From Octopus bimaculoides (lineage: Eukaryota), in the NCBI RefSeq assembly GCF_001194135.2, contig NC_068982.1, positions 168,832,309 through 168,896,308 of the forward strand: DNA of 64,000 nt, read 5' to 3'. Positions within the stretch are counted from its first letter, which is position 1. The number at the start of each line of letters is the position of its first letter. The notes below the pieces were generated by a model. It did not search any database, was not told the origin of the DNA, and saw only the letters and a program-made list of their open reading frames with translations. This document shows, piece by piece, positions 12,894 through 24,577 of this stretch. Position numbers and translations under genes: made by a program.

Positions 12894-13638
12894 GTTTTTG
12901 ACCGCTTTGCTTGCATGCAAAGGATGTTTCTTATTTTTTTCTTTCTTTTATAATTACTGACCTATTCATTTTTAATTTTTTGACCTCCTACCAACTTGCC
13001 CAAATCAGCCAAGTTACCAAAAAGCTTAATCCGATTTTTATGCAATTTCTGGAAAAAAAATTTTTTTGTAATCTTTACTTTTTGTAATCGATAAAAAAAT
13101 ATTCGATGTAAATTGGATTAATAAATTTATTTATCAATTATTTACCGGATATGTTGAATGACTATGTTCTATAAAATTACACAGTTTCGTTGTTTATAAA
13201 TGTTTTTAACTGTTTTCTCTATTTTTTCCATGTGGAATATTAGGATAAACACGGGGTACTAAAATCAACAATACTATGTTATCATGATGAGTATATTTTT
13301 AAACATGTAAGTGTGAGTGTGAGTGTGAGTTCGAGTGTGAGTGTTTACGTGAGTCTCTGCTTGTATGAGTATAGATAAGTAGGCGTCTTTTGTATGTGTT
13401 TGTGTGCATGTTTATGCTTCTATTTATGCGCTAATTAATACGCATCAGTATGTGTGCTTGCGTATGTACGTTTCGGGATGCATACAAGTATGGCGGCAGG
13501 TACATGTCTAGGCAGTGTTGCATGTGTGTGTGTATGCATGTATGTATGTACGTACATATATATGCATGCATGCATGTATGTATGCATGCATGTATACATA
13601 CACAGATATGATAGGTAAATAGACAGATAATGTAGCTA

Positions 13639-13697
<59 letters not shown>

Positions 13698-13719
13698 TGT
13701 GTATTTATATGTGTGTGTT

Positions 13720-13750
<31 letters not shown>

Positions 13751-13791
13751 ACATCTATATATATATATATACATACATACACACAAACATA

Positions 13792-14624
13792 CAGAGTGCG
13801 GTGGATAAATTGTCGCCATTTTATATTTCTAATTTCGCGCATGCACATTGTTTTGATTTTGTCGACTACACGGTATAGTAGGATCAGTTGGGCACCGTCT
13901 GTGAGAAAAATCAGCACCTTGACCTAATTCGCTCTGCCAGAAATTTGGAAATGACATGTTCTATTTCAATACAAACATTTCAGAGTGTTTGGGTGTCAGT
14001 CTGAGGATATATACCGAGAGTGATAAAAATCAAACATCCAGTCAACATCATGGTGTTTGGAGTGATCACTAGTGATGGCGACGTATACCTCCATTCATCT
14101 TCCCACACAGCTTCAGACTCAACACAGAGGCCTACATCAAGTACTTGGAGGAAGTAGCGCTGCCCTGGATCAAAAGGGTGGCTTCTGGAAGACCCTATGT
14201 CTGACAACACGACTCTGCACCCTGCCACACAAGCAGGAGAACCTCAGTCATAGCAGTCAGTGAATTTCTGCGACCACATCTCCCCCAAAATCTAACCACC
14301 TAACTCCCCAGACTGCAATTCCCTTGATTATTATGTATGGGGTGCAGTTGAGCGAGAGACCAACAAAACTCTTTGTAACACCAAAGATAAACAGAAGGCA
14401 AGGATTATGGCAGCATTCACCAACTTAAACAAGGAAACTGTCCAGATGAGTTGCAAGAGATCCGGAGGCCATGATTGAAGCCAATGGCGATTTTATTGAA
14501 TGAATTTATTCTTTAGTATTTCAAGATATTTTTTATGTAAATCCGGTAAATATATCTGTTAAAATGAGATGTCAGTGTTATTTTTATTTTTGCGTAATTT
14601 AGAGAGTTTATTCACCGCACCCTG
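13792..14624 (+). mobile_element. Internally deleted Tc1/mariner-superfamily transposon (maT/DD37D-like)
   Basis: TA|CAGAGTGCGGTGGATAA ... TTATTCACCGCACCCTG|TA terminal inverted repeats with TA target duplication. Interrupted peptide KHPVNIMVFGVITSDG..LPWIKRVASGRPYV*QHDSAPCHTS..PPNSPDCNSLDYYVWGAVER. Confidence 0.85.
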
Positions 14625-14696
<72 letters not shown>

Positions 14697-17600
14697 ACAT
14701 ACACACACACATTAAGGAGGCACATGAGCACAAAAAGAAAACGCAGGAGAGATATACATATACAAATATATATGCATACACATATATAGAGTTTTGCCTC
14801 CCATTTTACGTCTTGTATACATATACTATATATATACAAGTGTGTATTGGTGTTTGTAAGATGGAAAATATAGTGAGTGGATGTATTAAAATAAAGGAAA
14901 GAATTCAAAGAAAATAGTCACCTAAGCATTTTAAAATCTTCTACGAAATATCTTTTGTTAGTTCTAAAGTCTACGGATATATCTCTTATAATCTTAAAAT
15001 GATTTGTTTGTGCATCACTTTTGGCGAAGTCAAAAGCTTGTCTAACTCACACTACACTGACGGCTCTTGCTCCTACCTCTTACCACTACCTTCCTCTCTG
15101 TCAGCCTTACTCCCGACAACTCTCATCCTGCACCGCACAAGCTTAAGTTTCTTTAAGCCATATTTAAGAGAGAAAGAACGTATGGTTTTGTGGTATACAA
15201 AAAAAACAAAGTACATGAGGAAAATCGTGAGAGAGACAGAAGAACAGAAGACGGTAAAACAGTAATATATGTCTGTATTTGGCAGAAAGGGAAACAGTAA
15301 GAAAATTAGGGAATAAAATAGAAAGCGTAACAGAGGACGATAAGGAAAAAAAGAAAAGCCGAGAAAGAGAGTGCAGGTGTGAAATAGAAAATGGAAAATA
15401 ATAATCTGTGCATGATCATACATAAATGCAGCCGGAATGTACCACTTATGACCACATGATATGGTCGCACTAAATAAATATACAAGAAGAATTAGATCAT
15501 GTGACGCCGCAGACACCAGAATAAATTCATTTTCAAACATGATTTGAGCTCCAAAGAGAATTAACAAGATAAGATACGCAGCAAGACACAAACGCATACA
15601 CACATACACGCACACAAGCACGCACACACGCGCAGGCGCGCACGTTAGAAAAGATTGCTCCGACAACAATCGTACACATATGATCAACCAAAATTAAACA
15701 TACACAAAGCCAAATCAAAAGCAAGCCATATACAAAACATATGCTCACCAAAACTTTGAAAACATATGCTCACCAAAAATTTGAAGATCCACGAAAATCG
15801 AACGTTAAACAAACGACGCAAATAAAACATACAATATACCACATGTATACATACACACATTGATAAATCGAAACAATCCTTTGTCAAAACACACACACAC
15901 ACACAAAGAAACATATTGAGTTCTATATCTTAATACACGAGATAAAAGCATATTTTGTCCACAGCACACTCATTCATAACCACGAAATACCACTCAGACG
16001 CCCACAAACAACTCCGTTAATAAACATGTCCTTAATTAGTTTTACAGTTACATTCTCAAAGCCCACGGACAGAAAGCAAATAAGTCAATAATATTCCTTG
16101 ACTTTGGTCAAAACAAAACTCTCACCAACAAAGCCAACTGATTATGACGTAAATATTCACGAACACAATAGGATGTACACCAAAATGAACTTGTCCAAAC
16201 ACAAAAAAAAAACCTTAATTAAAATAAGAGTTAAATCCTGTAAATATACCACCTAATAAAAATAAAACGATAAAAATAAAGCAACAAAAATTAAAAACAC
16301 ACCCTCACCTAACCCCCTCAACAAAATGACCAACGACGAGACAGAAACTGTATGAAGTAAATCAATTAACGGACACGGCTAATAACTCACACTCATGCCA
16401 ACGAATATAAATAAACAGACCGCCGAAGCGAGCTGTAACAGATCTCACCCGTAGATCGCAGCCACGAAACAATTTCAATAAACCATGGGAGGGAAAGACG
16501 ATACGTTGGCATTGTTATATCAAAGGCTTCCTGGGGAGAGTAGCTCACATACTTTCACTTAAATCGATTTCCCTTTTGTTGTTGATACGTTATTAATTTC
16601 AAGTAAACCTAGATATGAAGGATTTAATCAATGATTTAATCAATTAACAGATAATTTAGAATTTAGAGCCGTTCGTTCATAACCGTGCATGTACGAAAGT
16701 TCGATACCATGGATTACTTTCGGGCCATCACAAAACCCCGTTTCTTTCTGAATAATATATTATCAATAGGAATATTGCTTACGTCTAGTATTTTGTTTGC
16801 TTTAGACACATAAGGGGTAAGTCTACAACGGGCTAAAATGTCGATTTATAGCAGGTAACTTTCCTTGTCGAAAAGAACTGAAATTCACAACATTAAAAAA
16901 TGTAATCTTTTGTTCATAGAGCTGTTACAACTGTAAAAGTTAACTCATACAACACTGCTACTGCTACTGCCACCTTCCACCACCTATCTCACCAAACACC
17001 TTTCGTCCAGTTCAGCTCACTAATTACGCAAATCTTAATCTCTGCTCATAGGGAAAGAGTAAAAAAAAAAAAAAAAGAATACATTTACTTGGTAGTTGAA
17101 GGTTGAGTGTTTTAGTGTAAAGAATACGACGCAACTTGGGTAACAGGATACGAACTGCCGACTTATCAACTATTTGCTATTAAGGTTTAGTGAAGTGTGA
17201 AGGAAGAGTTACCAAGCTCTCTTGCACTTACGTTGAGTTCACTTCGTTTTTAATGAGTAATTGTACATCTACAGAAAATATACTAGCAAGAGTGAATTTA
17301 AGAGTTTTAATGTTGTATAGGATAACTTGAATAGTCTCGCTACTGCTGGGCATGGGTAATGAAACTCAGTAGCGCTAATGAGAAGAGGTGAGACGATGTG
17401 TTGGATGAGCTTGGGTGGAGGTAGTTGGCAATAAAATGGTTCAGGGGACGGAGCTGAGGATATCAAAGCATTGATAGAATAAGAAGCGGAAGAAGACAGT
17501 ACGTTCATGGGTCAGAAAGTATGGTGTCGTTGAAGAGCCTTTGCCAATTTGTCTTAGGTTTGTGTTGATATATGCAACAGCGTTTCATAGAAGTAAGAGT

Positions 17601-19006
17601 AACGCTCCATTCTGGGGCTTATTTGAGCTGATTTTTCAGTACCTAATTGGATCGACCATATTCTCTAGAAATATTCATGTAATGTGAACTTGTATATTCA
17701 CATATAATTACTCACGCGCCAACCCGTATGTTTATACATATGCATACATACACAAATACACAGACACGCACATATATTAGTGTATACCCTTACCTCTCTA
17801 AACGTATACACTCGTACATACATACGCTACCATTCACACGCCTATATACACAAATACAAATGTATAACCAATGCTGTATCCACATATACATATAGATAGA
17901 TAAGCACGTACATTTACATATATATGTGTATATATAATATACATGCTTGCATATATATCATTTAAAATAAGTAAAGACAAAAGATTACTGTTTTCTGTCA
18001 GATATTTTTCAATATCGTTTTTTAAATAAGAGTTAACAACGTCTGTATAGTTTTGTAATTTGTGAAAATATTGACGTGCCATTGAATCGTACAATTAATA
18101 TTGATTTCATGAACAATTTCTTGCTTTGAGACAGACATTTCTAATGAATAATGTGTTTGTTACATTGCCAGTTACTTGCCTCCTACTCTGTACACCAGTG
18201 AATACAAAGACACATATACGCCTTCAAGGCTATGTTCCAGAAAAAAAGAGCTATTCATCTGATAGCCTTCACTAACCAACACTCTACAACCACTGACCTT
18301 CCGTCCTCTGTCTATTCTAACGCTATTATAATGTTCTGGTTGTCTGAATGGTTTCTACAGAAATATTCACATTATCTCCTTTTCAGCTTTTCAGTTCTAG
18401 TCGAATAAAAGCCGATCGCGTGTAAGAGTCGACCACTTTGTATATCTAAAAATCTGAATCTTTCCATGCATCTCATCTAAAACTCGGCCCCAGTTTTTCA
18501 TTGGTAACAGAGCAACATTTGTTGATTAAGGTATTAACCTAAGTATAAATGAACTGCATTATTCGATTCAATGTATAATTCGCAAAGCAGGACATGAGGT
18601 TACATATTTCTCCAATTTATTACTGAAGAAGCATTGCGATTAATGTCGTATAGTTACTGTGATGCAAATACATCAAACCATCACTTCTTACGAGATTATA
18701 TGCATTACCAATATAATACACAATAATTGCCATATTTCTGGATGGTTGGTACTTTATTATTACATAATGTATCACCAACCTATAGTTTCTAGATGTAAAT
18801 ATAGCTATGAAGGGGTATAACAAGCGTGGTCATATAAGAAGAAAATGACGTCACGATTGCCAGTTTACCGATCACTATTTTTATCAGCTACAATAATCGG
18901 ATCGCCTGTATAAAAGTCATGTGAAAGCCAGGTTACAATTTCACTGCAAGTTCCCTTATAGGACTTACGAAATACAGTCGTGTAGTTCCCGTCATTTTCT
19001 GAGAAA

Positions 19007-19450
19007 ATGCCTCCCCGGTAAACAACTATTTTACAGCATTATTCAAACTGAAAGTTGTTGTTGCCAAGAAAAGCAGATAAATAATTGCGTAGCAGTAAGA
19101 GTATTTGATGTCTTAGAGAAAACAGTCGGAGACTGGAGAATGCGAAAATCAAAGGTCGTTGACAGAGATCAGCTTTACAAGTGGCCACAATTGAAGAAGA
19201 CTGTTGTCGAGTGGGTACTTGGAATTTGTGAACATATATAATTAACGGGGCCATCTGAATCTTTGCTCAAAAGAAATCAATAAAAGACTTGTTTCTTAAG
19301 ACAAGTGATGGATGATGCACAAGGTTCACAAGGTTACCACTTCAGCCATGAATGAAGAATGCGGAAAAGATGCCTGCAGATCTAAGTGATAAGATACTAG
19401 CTTTTCATCAATTTGTGGGTAGAATTCGACAGAACGGAAACTACAAGTTA
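19007..19450 (+). mobile_element. pogo-like transposase N-terminal remnant
   Basis: Frameshifted MPPR..FKLKVV..NNCVAVRVFDVLEKTVGDWR..KWPQLKKTVVEWVL..QKMPADLSDKILAFHQFV, resembling the BrkDBD/CENP-B HTH region of pogo transposases. Confidence 0.6.
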
Positions 19451-20463
19451 TCATACACTGAAAAGATAACTGAAACATTTCCCAATCTTGATGTCCCAGA
19501 GAAACTGTGAACCAAACAGGAATCTACTGAACATGGAAAAAGAGTTTTAGTGTGGTTCTTTCTAGTATGGTTTGATGGGCATAAATTGGCTTTTTAGAGA
19601 ACAATTATTCCATAGGGAAATTTTCCAGAGGAATTGTAAATTCTCGAACACAAAGTAGTTGGGAAAAATAAAGATTTTAATTAACAACCATGTGGACTAC
19701 GGAGTTTTCTCATTGGATCCATTCAGGGCATATCTAATGAAGAGTGTTGGTGAAAATGTCTTGGGACAAGACAGTGATTTAGCGTTAATACATTTTTATC
19801 CACCGTTTTTATCATTTTTTAATGAATTTAATATACATATATAATTAGGAAAAAGTCGGCACTCCTATATATTAATGTAATGAGTGTCACTCAAAGAAGG
19901 TAATCGACTGAATAGGGGAGAGATTCAAGTGAAACAGACAGCAAAAGTATTTTGAAAAGCTTCAGACTCATCTCTAATAGGATGTTTACTTTGCTGTGTG
20001 CTCTGGATAGCTATAAGCATTAGAACAGAAATTCATTATTTTCCTTCGTTCATTTAATATTATTCGGGTATCCTTCTGATACGGTACTTTGGATTATACC
20101 TTGAATTTCAGCCCCTCATCAGCCGTATCCGTATCCTTGAAATTTTACAAAAAAAAAAAAAACTTGTCAGAAAAATTCAGTTTCACACAATGGTCTGTAT
20201 ATACATACATACATATATATATATATACATACATAGAAAGAAAGATATATGTTTACACGCACATAAATGCGCGTGTGTGTGTGTGTGTGTGTAAATAAAA
20301 TTAATTGATATATATATATAATTAATGTAAACAGCAGGCTGCAATGTTTCCCAGAACGGAGAATTCTAATTGTCACTAGATGTGACCAGGACGTTAGCAT
20401 TTTAGCTTCTATTTCTAGCAATGTAGGTGTTTTTTAACACGCTAGTCACATTTAGGGCCAATT

Positions 20464-20722
20464 ATATATATATAATACAAAATGGGAAAAGAACGCAAAA
20501 CATCAAGACAGGTGATAGGAAAGGGACAACTTGGATCAATATCGAGAATAACCAGCCGAAATTGGAAAGATAATCTGGATCTCGACTGAGGAAAGAAAAC
20601 TCCGAATGACCCTCCTTGTTTTCTTTGTATCGTCTATCTGGATGTTTTGTTGTCCCTTTCTTGTATCACCTAACTCTCTGAATGTTTTGCGTTCTTGTCC
20701 CACTTTGTATTATTTATATATA
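20464..20722. repeat. Foldback element with about 70-bp inverted arms
   Basis: 20464-20530 is the reverse complement of 20649-20722 apart from small indels. Ends are TA-rich. Confidence 0.8.
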
Positions 20723-20854
20723 ACAAATGAGGGAGATTTAAACTTTGTATATATAAATATATATATATATATATGAGANNNNNNNNNNGGCCAATTATAT
20801 ATATATAATAATAAAGGAGTTACGACGCAAAAACGTATATATTCAAATGAACAT

Positions 20855-21592
20855 ATTTATCTTCTTCAATATATAAAGAATTCATTAAGAGACTTAATAA
20901 ATCAAAATTTCTTTACACATCTTCAGGAATAAATATAACATCAGAAAAACTACATTCGGTTTAAAAATACAAACCGTTCATAGCGAAAAAATTTCACAAT
21001 TACAAAAACCGAACAAAAGTTTTTAAGTTTTAGCAAAAAGAACGCTATTACCTACATGTATATGTGTATGTATATGTACATGTATATATATGTATATATG
21101 TATGTATGTGTGTATGTGTGTGTATGGTGTTTTGTATGTGTATATGTATATATAATTTTATAATATATTTTTAAATGATTTTTTTATATATTTTTATATA
21201 TATATATGTATGTATGTGGACGTATGTGTGTGTGTATGTGTGTGTATGTGTGTGTGCATGTGTTTATGGCTTGTGAATTTTGCTTGTTTGTGTATGCATG
21301 CATATGCATGTGAGCGTGCACGTGTGTGCGCGCATGAACGTGTGTTCGTGTGTGTACGGGCGCACACGCGGATGCGTGCATGTAGGTAATAGCGTTCTTT
21401 TTGCTAAAACTTAAAAAATTTTGTTCGGTTTTTGTAATTGTGAAATTTTTTCGCCATGAACGGTTTGTATTTTTAAACTGAATGTAGTTTTTCTGATGTT
21501 ATGTTTATTCCTGAAGATGTGTAAAGAAATTTTGATTTATTAAGTCTCTTAATGAATTCTTTATACTGAAATATATATTGAAGAAGATAAAT
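20855..21592. repeat. Long inverted repeat (about 205-bp arms) around a TA/TG low-complexity spacer
   Basis: 20855-21058 versus 21379-21592 in reverse complement, with a few substitutions and one small indel. Confidence 0.9.
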
Positions 21593-22371
21593 NNNNNNNN
21601 NNNNNNNNNNNNNNNNNNNNNNNNNNNNNNNNNNNNNNNNNNNNNNNNNNNNNNNNNNNNNNNNNNNNNNNNNNNNNNNNNNNNNNNNNNNNNNNNNNNN
21701 NNNNNNNNNNNNNNNNNNNNNNNNNNNNNNNNNNNNNNNNNNNNNNNNNNNNNNNNNNNNNNNNNNNNNNNNNNNNNNNNNNNNNNNNNNNNNNNNNNNN
21801 NNNNNNNNNNNNNNNNNNNNNNNNNNNNNNNNNNNNNNNNNNNNNNNNNNNNNNNNNNNNNNNNNNNNNNNNNNNNNNNNNNNNNNNNNNNNNNNNNNNN
21901 NNNNNNNNNNNNNNNNNNNNNNNNNNNNNNNNNNNNNNNNNNNNNNNNNNNNNNNNNNNNNNNNNNNNNNNNNNNNNNNNNNNNNNNNNNNNNNNNNNNN
22001 NNNNNNNNNNNNNNNNNNNNNNNNNNNNNNNNNNNNNNNNNNNNNNNNNNNNNNNNNNNNNNNNNNNNNNNNNNNNNNNNNNNNNNNNNNNNNNNNNNNN
22101 NNNNNNNNNNNNNNNNNNNNNNNNNNNNNNNNNNNNNNNNNNNNNNNNNNNNNNNNNNNNNNNNNNNNNNNNNNNNNNNNNNNNNNNNNNNNNNNNNNNN
22201 NNNNNNNNNNNNNNNNNNNNNNNNNNNNNNNNNNNNNNNNNNNNNNNNNNNNNNNNNNNNNNNNNNNNNNNNNNNNNNNNNNNNNNNNNNNNNNNNNNNN
22301 NNNNNNNNNNNNNNNNNNNNNNNNNNNNNNNNNNNNNNNNNNNNNNNNNNNNNNNNNNNNNNNNNGTGTGA

Positions 22372-22434
<63 letters not shown>

Positions 22435-22599
22435 AGTTCTCGTAGTAAATTGTGGCAAACGTGTTGAACAGCTATTTTCTCATATAATTTCGTACTACCT
22501 ATATGAACACCTATCAGGAAATGAAGAACAAGTAGTTTTACTAGTCGGGTAGTACAGAATTGAGAATCTGATCTAACGTCATGAATATTTGTTTGAAAT

Positions 22600-22803
22600 T
22601 TTGGGCACACAGCCATCAACCTCGCGGGAGAGATGCAATTCGATTACATCGAACCCAGTAGTCAACAGATATGTATTTTATCGACTTCGAAAAAATGGAA
22701 GGCAAAGTCGACATCCTCGGAATTTGATCTCAGAACGCAAAAACGGACAAAATACCGTTAAGCATTTTGCCCGGCCTGATAACAATTCTATCAACTCGCC
22801 ATT
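22600..22803 (-). mobile_element. tRNA-derived SINE, family C (diverged)
   Basis: Reverse complement of the GGCGAGCTGGCAGAA..GAGTTCAAATTCCGCCGAGGTCGAC family seen at 11650. Confidence 0.75.
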
Positions 22804-24494
22804 GTGAAGAATATCAATGTGAAGAATATTTTATTTTGCGTTAATAAATACTGGTAGTTTGACAGTGACTCCCGATTCGAGTACAACATTAAACTGCAGT
22901 TCATGTTGTGGTCTGTCATTTTCTTAAAACAATATTAAGGAAATTATCCAAAATAGGAACATCTATGATAGTCACCTGGTCTACTAAAATACTAACCAAA
23001 ACACAACCTAACATCCTGAGAAGGGAAAAACACCTTGAATATTGTGGTCCTCTACACACAAAAAGAAGGGATAGTCACTGATGAACACTGTTGAAACTAA
23101 ATCTTTTTAGTCTGCTGATCTAAGGCTAAAAATACATATCAATTATCAACAAAACCTGGACAGTTATAATTTTGTTACAAGAATTTAATCAGGAAATCTG
23201 TGAATACTGTATCTAAATCTATTAAATCTACTGACGGACTGGGAGACTAAATCTACTTCCACAGTTATTCGTGTGATAGATTGTTATATTGACAAATGGC
23301 ATCAAATTGTCGGGAATATGGGTATGAAATTTAGAGAGATTATCATACTTTCTGCCATGCATTACTGATATAAGTGAGGTGAACTGTCAATTAACCGGGA
23401 CGTTTACCGTCTTAAATTCTGCTAAAAGTTAGTTTGCTCCTGTCCTAAGTCACTCTCTTTAGACTTTAAAGAGGTTGCTAATACAAAGATCTTTATAATA
23501 CAAAAAGAATACACTGAGGTTAATTTCTCAGAGGCGTATCTGTAAAAAAAGCAATAGTAAGTTAGTGTTGCTATAATTAGTGAGCATTAATACCTAATTT
23601 GAAATTACTATGAGATGAAGAAAAGATACCGTTAGTTCAATTAGTGATATTATTTTATATAATTTTAATCATTTCAGCAAAAAGGGAAGACATCACCTGA
23701 TGAATTTCAGTCTAATCACACCTCCTCAGTAAAGCATGGACTTCACTGTACTAACCGAAAAAGTGAAGACAGAAACACTCTGTAGATGTACAATCAAATA
23801 ACTTTGAGACACTTGCCGTGTTATGCTTGAACAGTAATTCTTAAGAGATAGTGACTCTTCCCACTACTATAACCATCACCACAACCTGATCATTACTACA
23901 CTGGGTTTTGATAGTTCTGAATGGCTTAGACAAAACTGATAAAGCGAAACTATATAGACAGAACATAGTATAGTTTAGAACATATAATGGAAGTAAACAT
24001 AAAACTATCAATTCAAAATTACTTAAATATAAATAATTCAACGTAACCAGATCTTGGAAACGACAATCATACAAACTTTCAGTCCGGAGGTAAATCTACT
24101 TAAGTTTGTCTTACAATTTACACTGCATTAATCACTTCATAATGCAAGTAACCCTATGTTACGTACTGCATTTAAACATTATAAAAATGCATAAAATTCG
24201 ATTAGCTATAACAAAATTACATTTTGTAATAGGTGTGTAAAGATAACTAGACCATTAAGCCTATTTAATTGTCGAGTTACTTATTGATATACACGTATAA
24301 TTGACAGAGCGCTTTCCAATATGGATATTGGGCACATTACTGCTTTCGCACATAAGATTTTAAGCAAATATAACGCATATGCATGCAGACATATTACATA
24401 CACGTATAGTAACACGTTCATACACACACGCATATATATATATATATATATACATGATTGTATGTTTGTATACACATACAGATATAGCGAGAGG

Positions 24495-24577
<83 letters not shown>

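Noticed and set aside
23691-23788. CTGATGA..GAAAC-ACTCT-GTA motif
   Set aside because: Helix I is offset by 2 nt from the core and no helix II closes the junction.
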